Below, piece by piece: positions 16,641 to 24,419 of a stretch of 64,000 nucleotides of DNA (within the stretch, counting starts at the first letter, position 1; each line of letters opens with the position of its first letter). Below the pieces are notes generated by a model. That model did not search any database. It was given only the letters and a program-made list of their open reading frames with translations, and was not told the DNA's origin. The DNA is from an uncultured Verrucomicrobiota bacterium. GTDB lineage: Bacteria; Verrucomicrobiota; Kiritimatiellia; JAAZAB01. The translations under genes were made by a program, and so were the position numbers. Where the stretch lies: assembly GCA_964475405.1 (NCBI GenBank), contig CAYYWX010000003.1:4362-68361 (forward strand), read 5' to 3'.

Positions 16641-18344
16641 ATGGAACAATTAAAAAAATCAAGATTCAATGGACCGCCCGGGCCGGTTGTGCTGGCCATT
16701 ATGGACGGCGTCGGGATCGGCAAATATGCGGAAGGCGATGCCGTCCGCTCGGCGCTTAAGCCCCATCTGGACTGGCTTGAAAAAAACTCGATCTATACCC
16801 GGTTGAGGGCGCATGGCAAAGCGGTCGGGCTGCCGAGCGACGCCGACATGGGCAATAGCGAGGTGGGGCACAACGCCATCGGCTGCGGCCGGGTATTTGA
16901 CCAGGGCGCCATGCTCGTGAATCAGGCCATCAGCTCCGGCTCGATGTTCAAGGACAAGACATGGCGGATGTTGATTGAAAATTGCCGCGCGCATAACAGC
17001 ACCCTGCATTTTATCGGCTTATTTTCGGACGGCAATGTCCACAGCCACCTTGACCATCTCCGGGCCATGCTGGTCCAGGCCGCGAAGGAAGGCATCCGCC
17101 GCGCCAGGGTGCATGTTCTCCTGGATGGACGCGATGTTGGCGAAACTTCGGCCCTTGATTATGTTGATCCCTTTGAGAAATTTTTGGCGGACTTGAACTC
17201 CAAAAATAGCGTTGATTTCCGGATCGCCTCCGGCGGCGGACGGATGTGCATCACGATGGACCGTTACAATGCCAACTGGAACATGGTAAAAAAAGGATGG
17301 GACACGCACGTCGGCGGGGTGGGGCGGCAATTTACTTCGGCCCGGGAGGCGATTGAAACCTTCCGCAAGGAAAAGCCGGGGGTTATTGACCAGGATTTGC
17401 CGCCGTTTGTCATTGCCGACGGCGGCCGGCCACTCGAGACGCGTGACAAGCCACTCGAAACGCGTGACAAGCCGGTCGGGCCGATCGTTGACAACGACAG
17501 CGTCATTTATTTCAATTTTCGCGGGGACCGCGCGATCGAAATCAGCCGCGCTTTTGAGGATGATAATTTCACTGAATTCGACCGCCAACCCCGTCCGAAG
17601 GTTTGTTACGCCGGCATGATGCAGTATGACGGCGACTTGAAAATCCCGAAGAATTTCCTGGTCACCCCGCCGGCCATAAACCGGACCATGGACGAATTGC
17701 TCTGCCGCTCCGGAGTCACCCAGCTGGCGATCAGCGAGACCCAGAAATTCGGGCATGTGACTTATTTTTTCAACGGCAACCGCTCCGGCAAGTTTGACGA
17801 TCGCCTGGAGGAATACGTTGAAATACCCTCCGATATCGTTCCTTTTGAACAGCGCCCCTGGATGAAATGCGCGGAAATCACCGATTATGTCGTCAAGGCC
17901 ATCCGTGAAAACAAGTTCCGGTTCATCCGCCTGAATTATCCCAACGGCGACATGGTCGGGCATACCGGCGTCTACCAGGCGACCCAGGTGGCGGTTGAAG
18001 CGGTGGATATTTGCATCGGCCGGATCGTTGAAGCCGTACGGGATGCAAAAGGCATCCTGGTTTTATCGGCCGATCACGGCAATGCGGACGATATGTATGA
18101 GCATGATGAAAAAACCGGCAAGGTCAGGACCGACCCGGGATCGGGCCGGATCAAGGCCAAGACAAGCCATTCGCTCAATCCCGTCCCGGCCTTCGTTTAT
18201 GATCCGTCCGGATGTGCCAATCTGAAACTGGCGGAAACAAAGGATCCCGGTATAAGTTCGCTCGCGGCCACCTGCATTAAATTGCTCGGGTTTGAGCCGC
18301 CGGACGACTATGACAAGAGTATTGTAGACGTGGCAAACGGTTAG
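16641..18344 (+). CDS. gpmI: 2,3-bisphosphoglycerate-independent phosphoglycerate mutase (long form)
   Basis: Motifs DGVGIG, MGNSEVGHNAIG, NYPNGDMVGHTG and SADHGNADDM. Confidence 0.9.
   Translation: MEQLKKSRFNGPPGPVVLAIMDGVGIGKYAEGDAVRSALKPHLDWLEKNSIYTRLRAHGKAVGLPSDADMGNSEVGHNAIGCGRVFDQGAMLVNQAISSGSMFKDKTWRMLIENCRAHNSTLHFIGLFSDGNVHSHLDHLRAMLVQAAKEGIRRARVHVLLDGRDVGETSALDYVDPFEKFLADLNSKNSVDFRIASGGGRMCITMDRYNANWNMVKKGWDTHVGGVGRQFTSAREAIETFRKEKPGVIDQDLPPFVIADGGRPLETRDKPLETRDKPVGPIVDNDSVIYFNFRGDRAIEISRAFEDDNFTEFDRQPRPKVCYAGMMQYDGDLKIPKNFLVTPPAINRTMDELLCRSGVTQLAISETQKFGHVTYFFNGNRSGKFDDRLEEYVEIPSDIVPFEQRPWMKCAEITDYVVKAIRENKFRFIRLNYPNGDMVGHTGVYQATQVAVEAVDICIGRIVEAVRDAKGILVLSADHGNADDMYEHDEKTGKVRTDPGSGRIKAKTSHSLNPVPAFVYDPSGCANLKLAETKDPGISSLAATCIKLLGFEPPDDYDKSIVDVANG
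17430..17471 (+). repeat. in-frame 21-bp tandem duplication inside gpmI (PLETRDK x2)
   Basis: CCACTCGAGACGCGTGACAAG / CCACTCGAAACGCGTGACAAG, with one mismatch. Confidence 0.9.
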
Positions 18345-18357
18345 CCACGTCTGTTCT

Positions 18358-18384
18358 GTCATTCCCATGAAAATGGGAATCCAG
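18358..18384. repeat. 27-bp palindromic repeat GTCATTCCC-N8-GGGAATCCAG (ATTCCC-N8-GGGAAT family)
   Basis: It is the exact reverse complement of 62808-62834 and lies just after the gpmI stop. Confidence 0.85.
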
Positions 18385-18452
18385 ATATTTGCTTGTTTTT
18401 TTCATGATAAAAAAATGCCGCCTTTGGCGACCTGATTTGGGAAATCAATCTG

Positions 18453-19463
18453 ATGCATGAACAATACGGAAAAATTCTTGCCGGAAACGAAGAGGCCGTG
18501 CGCCGGGCTTACGATGTTTTCCTCGCCCAGACGGTTGATTCAACCCATCTTTCCGGACAGGATGAGCAGGAAGACGCCGTGGAAAGGACAATTTCCCGGC
18601 CGGTTTCCGTCACCGGGCCCGGCACTTTTTTCCGGCGCGCGTCGCGCACGATGGTTTTTGAGCCGACTTCCGAAAAAGGCTGGTGGTTTGAAAGGCTTGA
18701 CCTGCCGAACGACCTGCCGATCGGGGCGTCGGTCCGCAATGTCTGGACCACCGCGCGCAATATTGTCCTGCGCAGCGGCTCGCCCCATAATTACATGCGC
18801 ATGGTGGAGCACATTGTCGCCCTGAAACTCGGCATGGGGATTGACAACCTGTTGATCAAGGTCACCTCGGGCGATCCGCCGCTTTTTGACCGCGGCAGCA
18901 TGGATATCGTCGAGGCGCTTGAATCGGCCGGCGTTGAGAAGCAAGCCGGAAAAATCAGTTACGTCACCGTCAAGGAAACCGTGACGATCGGCGGGGACAA
19001 CGGCGGATTCTTGACATTCGCCCCGCATGCCGGCCGGAAGAAACTGACCATTGACTGCGCCGTTGATTTCAAGAACGCCATGGGGAAGCAGAGGGTGAAG
19101 TTCGACTTGAACAAAAAGCTTTTCTGCGAGAAAGCCATCGCCCGGACAAACACCACGACCGCGATGAAATTATATTGCATGACAATCGGCCAGTTGTTTG
19201 CCGATGTCCGCAACATGGGATACACCAATGACAACATCCTGATTGCCGGCCGGCGCCGCTATTTGAATCAACCGCGCCTGATGCATGAAGGCAAGTCGCT
19301 CGAGGCGGTCTGGCACCGGGCCGTAATGGACCTGCTCGCCGCGGTCGCGCTCATCGATTGCGGAAGGTTCGTCGGCTGCATTTCATCCTACAAGTCCGGC
19401 CACGCCCTGGACATGGATATGATCAGGCTCCTTTACAAGCATAAGCTGCTAATTGCAGTTTAG
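18453..19463 (+). CDS. lpxC: UDP-3-O-acyl-N-acetylglucosamine deacetylase (LpxC) family protein, divergent
   Basis: It shows LpxC-like blocks: MVEHIVALKLGMGIDNLLIKV (EH zinc/catalytic pair), WHRAVMDLL (the HKxxD-like block with one extra residue) and SYKSGHALD. Several otherwise conserved blocks are altered. Confidence 0.55.
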   Translation: MHEQYGKILAGNEEAVRRAYDVFLAQTVDSTHLSGQDEQEDAVERTISRPVSVTGPGTFFRRASRTMVFEPTSEKGWWFERLDLPNDLPIGASVRNVWTTARNIVLRSGSPHNYMRMVEHIVALKLGMGIDNLLIKVTSGDPPLFDRGSMDIVEALESAGVEKQAGKISYVTVKETVTIGGDNGGFLTFAPHAGRKKLTIDCAVDFKNAMGKQRVKFDLNKKLFCEKAIARTNTTTAMKLYCMTIGQLFADVRNMGYTNDNILIAGRRRYLNQPRLMHEGKSLEAVWHRAVMDLLAAVALIDCGRFVGCISSYKSGHALDMDMIRLLYKHKLLIAV

Positions 19464-19624
19464 AACAGCGTATAGATAAAGGGCGCGGTGGTCTGGCCGA
19501 GGACGATCAGCATGGCCATTAACAAGAGCACGACCACGATCGGGATAATCCACCAGGCCTTGTTATGCCAGGCAAAGCCGAAAAATTCCCTCAGCAGTCT
19601 CCATAAATATCTAAAAAAAAGCAT
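19460..19624 (-). CDS. small membrane protein, DUF5989-like (54 aa; below the ORF-track cutoff)
   Basis: Manual translation gives MLFFRYLWRLLREFFGFAWHNKAWWIIPIVVVLLLMAMLIVLGQTTAPFIYTLF. The basic N-terminus, KxWW, single TM segment and APFIYTLF C-terminus match my memory of the DUF5989 pattern. Its stop overlaps the lpxC-like stop by 4 nt (convergent genes). Confidence 0.6.
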   Translation of the reverse strand: MLFFRYLWRLLREFFGFAWHNKAWWIIPIVVVLLLMAMLIVLGQTTAPFIYTLF

Positions 19625-19712
19625 GATGTTTTTTCTCCTGTCGGATTAAGCCAGTCGCATTGTCTTTTGCATTTAATTCGTAGCATATTTTTTACGCGCA
19701 GGGCAATGAAAA

Positions 19713-20303
19713 TTATCGATTATTTGCTTTTTTGGGGGCCTTTGTCAGCCGGATGATTATCCGGCGAAGCGCCGGGTACTTCCGGCACAAACGCACACGG
19801 TTCCCGATCTCAAAGTCGGCAAAGTCAAATCCGGGCGCGACCGTGCACCCGACCAGGGAGTATGATTTTTCCGCCATTAGAGGCGCCGGTAGGTGGTTAT
19901 TTTCGATTTGCGATTTGCGATTGATCAGGGTGGCGGCGAACCATGATCCGGCCCTTATGACGCATTGCGGCTCCTCGCCGTCTTTCGCGTTCAAGCCCAG
20001 CCTGTAGGTTGCGATGCGGCCGTCTTTTCCGATTATGAAAATGGAAAGCGGAGCGCCGGCATGGAAGTGCCAGATCTCGTCGGATTTTAGCCGGTGGAAG
20101 GCCGAGAATTGATCGCCGCGCAGCAGGAAATAAATCGCGGTCGCAAGCGCGCGCCGGCCATTATATCGTCCCGGTAACCCGGCCCGGGTGATGAATTCCG
20201 GCGAACGGTATGTTTCCCGGTAATAGCCGCCCTCCGGGTGAGGACGCAAACGCAGGCGTTTGATCCAGTATTCCGCGGTTTGTTTAACGATTTTGCTCTT
20301 CAT
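19713..20303 (-). CDS. cupin superfamily protein (DUF985 type)
   Basis: Motifs LRLRPHPEGGYYRETYRS, FLLRGDQFSAFHRLKSDEIWHFHAG and VGCTVAPGFDFADFE. Confidence 0.75.
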   Translation of the reverse strand: MKSKIVKQTAEYWIKRLRLRPHPEGGYYRETYRSPEFITRAGLPGRYNGRRALATAIYFLLRGDQFSAFHRLKSDEIWHFHAGAPLSIFIIGKDGRIATYRLGLNAKDGEEPQCVIRAGSWFAATLINRKSQIENNHLPAPLMAEKSYSLVGCTVAPGFDFADFEIGNRVRLCRKYPALRRIIIRLTKAPKKANNR

Positions 20304-20363
20304 TTTGCGCCATGATGATTATAGTTGCCATATAAACGATCATATTTATAACAGGAGATAAAA

Positions 20364-21140
20364 ATGAAATCAATGTTACGTTTTTTGATGTTAGTTTCTT
20401 TTTGTTGTGTCGCGGCCGGCCAGGCGGTATCGGCCGGGTCGGATCGCGACATAGTTTATCAGACGGCGCCATTCCAGAGCTTGAACGCCGGGGTTTATGA
20501 CGGCTTGTTCACTTTTGCCGCGCTGAAAGAGCACGGCGATTTCGGCCTGGGCACTTTTAACGCGCTGGACGGCGAAATGATTTTACTGGACAACGCGTTT
20601 TACCAGGTAAAGCATGACGGAAAAGTCCTGAAAGTTCCCGGCTCGGCGCTTACGCCGTTTGGGATGGTGACTTATTTTGACGAGGACCAGCGGATTGAGG
20701 CGGTCAACGCTGAGAGCCTGGCCGGATTGGGACAGACGATTGATCGCAGCCGGCCGACAAAAAATCTGTTTTACGCACTGCGGGTTGACGGCGTGTTTGA
20801 GTATGTCAAAGTGCGCAGCGTGCCCGCCCAGCAAAAGCCTTATCAGCCTTTGGGCGAGGCCGTCAAGGGCCAGAGCGTTTTTGAATACAAAAACATTTCC
20901 GGCACTCTGGTGGGGTTTTGGTCGCCTTCGTTTACCGGCAAGATGAGCGTGCCGGGATATCACTTCCATTTTATTTCCACCGCCAAAGATAGCGGCGGTC
21001 ACGTGCTGGATTTGCGTTTCAAGGCGCTCAATATCCGGATGGATCGCTGTCTGGGATTGATGGTTAGCACTCCGGAAAACGGCGATTATTTCAGCGCTGC
21101 TCTGGATGGGGAGCGGGGCGATTTGGGTAAAACGGAGTAA
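20364..21140 (+). CDS. budA: alpha-acetolactate decarboxylase with an N-terminal signal-like peptide
   Basis: IVYQTAPFQSLNAGVYDGLFTFAALKEHGDFGLGTFNALDGEMILLDNAFYQV is typical of AlsD/BudA. The N-terminus MKSMLRFLMLVSFCCVAAGQAVSAG looks like a signal peptide. Confidence 0.8.
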   Translation: MKSMLRFLMLVSFCCVAAGQAVSAGSDRDIVYQTAPFQSLNAGVYDGLFTFAALKEHGDFGLGTFNALDGEMILLDNAFYQVKHDGKVLKVPGSALTPFGMVTYFDEDQRIEAVNAESLAGLGQTIDRSRPTKNLFYALRVDGVFEYVKVRSVPAQQKPYQPLGEAVKGQSVFEYKNISGTLVGFWSPSFTGKMSVPGYHFHFISTAKDSGGHVLDLRFKALNIRMDRCLGLMVSTPENGDYFSAALDGERGDLGKTE

Positions 21141-21214
21141 GGTTAACAGTCGTTGCGAAATCCCGTTGGTTACCTTGAATCCTTCAGTCTTCAGCCTGTC
21201 TACCTGAAGATTTG

Positions 21215-21571
21215 TCACTCCCCGAGTTCGGCCATGGCCCGGCCTTCGCTGTCGTAAAGCTTGAATATTTTGTCCATGCCGGTTATCACGAAGCCTTCCT
21301 TGATGAGCGGCGTGAGATTGCAGAAGGCGATTTTTGCCTTGCATTCATTCGCCTTCTTGCCGGCCATGATGAACGAGCGGAAAAACACGCTTGAAATCCT
21401 GGCGACCGCCCCCATGTCGATCAGCAGCCGGAGCGCCCCGCCCTCAATCAGCCCGCAAAGACGGCGGGTCAGGTCTTCGGAAAGGTGCGGTTCGATCAGG
21501 CGCTGGTTGACGATGTGCACGATCGTCACTCCCTGCCGGCTTTCTTCCATGAACTGGACTGGATCTGTCAT
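21215..21571 (-). CDS. STAS-domain anti-sigma-factor antagonist (SpoIIAA/RsbV-like)
   Basis: 118 aa with a STAS pattern. A candidate phosphorylatable serine lies in the DMGAVARISSVFF segment. It is translationally coupled to the upstream kinase gene. Confidence 0.75.
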   Translation of the reverse strand: MTDPVQFMEESRQGVTIVHIVNQRLIEPHLSEDLTRRLCGLIEGGALRLLIDMGAVARISSVFFRSFIMAGKKANECKAKIAFCNLTPLIKEGFVITGMDKIFKLYDSEGRAMAELGE

Positions 21572-22059
21572 TTTTTCTCCTCCCGGATTAATTGGACGCC
21601 AATATTCTTTACAAGCGACAGGCAGTTTTTGCCGTCAATCCGGCGGTAATTAAGTTCGTCCATCATGTTGCGCATGAGGTGGATGCCCAATCCGCCGATC
21701 ATCCGCTTCTCAATGCTGGCGGACGTGTCCGGGACGGGATGATTGAGCGGATTGAAGGGCGCTCCGGAATCAATAATTTCAATAAGGACGCGGTCGCCAA
21801 CCCGTTCAATGGTCAGCCGGATATTTCCCTTGGTATCCGGGTAGGCGTACATGACCACGTTCGTGACCGCCTCGTCCAGCGAGACGCATATCGGTCCGCA
21901 AAATTCGCCTTGAACATCCAGGTCGTTAAGCGATTGCTCGATAAAATTGATGATTTCTTCCAGGTGATCTTTGTCGGCAACCGTTTCCAGGACAAATTTT
22001 GCCGGCTTGGTCTTGTTTTGGATGGTGGTGTTCATAAAGACTGACGAATATTCGCACAC
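21568..22059 (-). CDS. anti-sigma regulatory factor Ser/Thr kinase (RsbW/SpoIIAB-like, HATPase fold)
   Basis: Motifs LDEAVTNVVMYAY (N-box-like) and IEIIDSGAPFNP...GGLGIHLMRNMMDE (G-boxes). An alternative start is the ATG at 22035. Confidence 0.7.
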   Translation of the reverse strand: MCEYSSVFMNTTIQNKTKPAKFVLETVADKDHLEEIINFIEQSLNDLDVQGEFCGPICVSLDEAVTNVVMYAYPDTKGNIRLTIERVGDRVLIEIIDSGAPFNPLNHPVPDTSASIEKRMIGGLGIHLMRNMMDELNYRRIDGKNCLSLVKNIGVQLIREEKK

Positions 22060-22144
22060 AATTCCGCCGGTTTCAATATAATTTTCTTGGCTTCGCCGGG
22101 GCGCATAATATTATAGTTGCACGCTAAAGTTTTCGGCGTTTTGA

Positions 22145-23644
22145 ATGTCAGGCATGAATTCCATCCCCAAACCCATAAACAGCCATAAAGCCGGCAAGCG
22201 CCTGCTGTCCTTCCTCATCGTCGTCCCGGCGATTATGCTTGCAACCGGAATTTACGGCGCGGACAACGCCTCTCGCGCGGCCGGTGCCGTTCCGGCTCTG
22301 AAATCCGTATTGATCCGGGATGTTCCGCATGTCCGGCAGAAGCCGGATTTTTGCGGGGAAGCATGCGCGGAGATGTACTTACGCAAACTCGGTTCTTCAT
22401 TGACGCAGGACGACGTTTATAACATTGCCGCCGTTGATCCGCTGCTTGGGCGCGGCTGCTATACTCCGGAACTGGCCGCGGCTTTGGAGGCAATCGGGTT
22501 CAAGACCGGCACGGTGTCCTTCCCGGTCAATGCCGCCAATGCCCGCGCGGAAATTGACCGCCGGTTTGCCGAACTTCTTGCCGATCTTGCCCGGGGAATC
22601 CCTTCGATCGTGTGCATGCGAACCGGCGCCGGGGCGGGGTCAACGGAACATTTCCGGTTGATCCTGGGCTACGATGCCGGGGCCGACGCGGTGATTTACC
22701 ACGAGCCTGCCGATGCCGACGACGGCGCTTACCTGGAAATGCCGCGCGAGGAATTCGTGGACTTGTGGCCGCTCAGATACAATCCGAATCGTTGGATCGT
22801 GATCCGCATGCGCCTGGAGCCGTGTCGCGTCATGCCGATCGCGGCGCCGAAAAAAGGCTTTACAAGCGCCGACTATGCCCAGCATATGATGGGGTTGAAG
22901 ACCAGGATTCCCGGCAATGATTTTTCGGCGGTGATTGAGCCGCCGTTTGTCGTGATTGGCGACGAGGGACGCCGGGTTGTGAAACTCCATGCCGAGGAGA
23001 CCGTGCGTTGGGCCGTGAAACGCCTGAAAGCCGCTTACTTTGAAAAGGAGCCGGCAAGCATTATAGATATCTGGCTCTTCAAGGACGAGGATAGTTACGA
23101 AAAGTACGCGCGTGAAATTTTCAACGACGAGCCGTCCACGCCGTTCGGATACAGTTCCTCGGAACACAAGGCGCTGGTAATGAATATCGGCACCGGCGGC
23201 GGGACCCTCGTGCACGAAATGGTGCATGCCTTCATGGACGCCGACTTTCCGGCCTGCCCGGCCTGGTTCAACGAGGGGTTAGCGTCGCTCTATGAGCAGT
23301 CGTCCGGGGATAGCACCCGAATATGGGGGCTGACAAACTGGCGCCTGGCAAGCCTGCAAAAAGCCATCAAGGAAAAGCGTGTTTCGTCGTTTGATATGTT
23401 GATTCACACGACGCGAAATGAATTCTACAATGAGGACCGCGGAATCAACTACGCCCAGGCGCGCTATCTTTGTTATTACCTCCAGGAAAACGGCCTGCTC
23501 CGGAAATATTATCGGCTCTTCAAGGCCGGCCGCGCAAAGGATCCGACCGGCTACGACACATTGAAAGCGGTCCTGGGCGAGAAGGACATGGCCGCCTTCC
23601 AGAAAAAGTGGGAGAAATTCGTGCTTGGCCTGCGTTTCCCGTGA
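22145..23644 (+). CDS. exported two-domain putative protease: papain/C39-like N-terminal domain plus HExxH (DUF1570-like) C-terminal domain
   Basis: It has a TM/signal segment LLSFLIVVPAIMLATGIYG. The Cys motif is KPDFCGEACAEMYL and the downstream His motif is EHFRLILGYD. The C-terminal half has LVHEMVHAF ... FNEGLASLYE. Confidence 0.55.
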   Translation: MSGMNSIPKPINSHKAGKRLLSFLIVVPAIMLATGIYGADNASRAAGAVPALKSVLIRDVPHVRQKPDFCGEACAEMYLRKLGSSLTQDDVYNIAAVDPLLGRGCYTPELAAALEAIGFKTGTVSFPVNAANARAEIDRRFAELLADLARGIPSIVCMRTGAGAGSTEHFRLILGYDAGADAVIYHEPADADDGAYLEMPREEFVDLWPLRYNPNRWIVIRMRLEPCRVMPIAAPKKGFTSADYAQHMMGLKTRIPGNDFSAVIEPPFVVIGDEGRRVVKLHAEETVRWAVKRLKAAYFEKEPASIIDIWLFKDEDSYEKYAREIFNDEPSTPFGYSSSEHKALVMNIGTGGGTLVHEMVHAFMDADFPACPAWFNEGLASLYEQSSGDSTRIWGLTNWRLASLQKAIKEKRVSSFDMLIHTTRNEFYNEDRGINYAQARYLCYYLQENGLLRKYYRLFKAGRAKDPTGYDTLKAVLGEKDMAAFQKKWEKFVLGLRFP

Positions 23645-23661
23645 GAATCGCATATCGGCCC

Positions 23662-23691
23662 TTGACAGGATCTATACAATTCTTGTATATT
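23662..23691 (+). promoter_or_regulatory. sigma70-like promoter with an overlapping palindromic operator upstream of the RHH-PIN operon
   Basis: TTGACA (23662-23667), a 17-18 nt spacer, then GTATAT/TATATT (23685-23691). The palindrome ATACAA-TTC-TTGTAT (23674-23688) lies in the spacer and -10 region. Confidence 0.4.
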
Positions 23692-23714
23692 GCTTGTAGA
23701 AATGAGGTGAATTG

Positions 23715-23966
23715 ATGAGTAACGTGACTGTGAATATATCGTTTCAGGATACTTTGCTTCGCGACATTGATCGCGTTGCCCGGGGCGAAGACCGGAGTCG
23801 CTCGGAATTTCTACGCGAGGCGGCTCGGACATATATCCAGCGTAAAGAACGCTGGGCGGGAGTATTTGCCCTGGGACGACAAGTGGCTGGGGCGAACGGG
23901 TTGAAGCCAAGTGATGTAACCTCGGAGATTGCCGCATACCGGAAAAGCAAGGCAACCGGGCGATGA
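23715..23966 (+). CDS. ribbon-helix-helix (CopG/MetJ-type) antitoxin
   Basis: VNISFQDTLLRDIDRVARGEDRSRSEFLREAARTYI. SD GAGGTG lies 5 nt upstream of the ATG at 23715. Its stop overlaps the PIN gene start. Confidence 0.75.
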   Translation: MSNVTVNISFQDTLLRDIDRVARGEDRSRSEFLREAARTYIQRKERWAGVFALGRQVAGANGLKPSDVTSEIAAYRKSKATGR

Positions 23967-24388
23967 GGTCTTTACGCATTGTCCTGGATTCCAATGTCAT
24001 TATTTCCGCCTTTCTCTTTGGTGGCCAACCGGCGCGGATTGTGGAACATGTTCTGGACGGTTCTATTCAATGTTTTGTTTCCCTTCCGATTTTGGATGAA
24101 ATACGGGACGTGTTGCACAGGCCGAAGTTTGGATTGTCATCAGAACAGGCTCTCGCGTTTATTGAGGAACTTCACCGCCTGTGCCTGGCGGTAACCCCGA
24201 CAACCAGGATCAGGACCATTCGTGCCGATCATGACGATAATCGGGTGCTGGAGTGCGCCTTGGCTGCGGAAGCGGATGTGATTGTCTCCGGCGATTCACA
24301 CCTGCTTGAACTTGGTCAATGGCAGGGCATTCGTATTCTCCCGCCCGCTGATTTCATAAGGGAATTTGAGGACCAACAGGGCTTGTGA
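23963..24388 (+). CDS. PIN-domain toxin (putative RNase)
   Basis: IVLDSNVIISAFLFGG ... DHDDNRVLECALAAEADVIVSGDSHLL. The acidic PIN residues are present. Confidence 0.8.
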   Translation: MRSLRIVLDSNVIISAFLFGGQPARIVEHVLDGSIQCFVSLPILDEIRDVLHRPKFGLSSEQALAFIEELHRLCLAVTPTTRIRTIRADHDDNRVLECALAAEADVIVSGDSHLLELGQWQGIRILPPADFIREFEDQQGL

Positions 24389-24419
24389 AATAAAACATTA
24401 AAACGTAACGATGAGCTCA

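Noticed and set aside
17433-17444. Adjacent XhoI (CTCGAG) and MluI (ACGCGT) sites in gpmI, suggesting a cloning linker or artefact
   Set aside because: The sites are in frame within a native-looking duplicated codon block, and the second copy has a point difference (CTCGAA). This is most simply coincidence.
17019-17963. 314-aa minus-strand ORF; similar cases at 12223..13158, 15496..16395, 9731..10351, 52464..53384 and 57906..58811
   Set aside because: All are antisense to genes with clear family motifs (gpmI, kinase/thrC, GT2, proS, secA) and have no motifs of their own.
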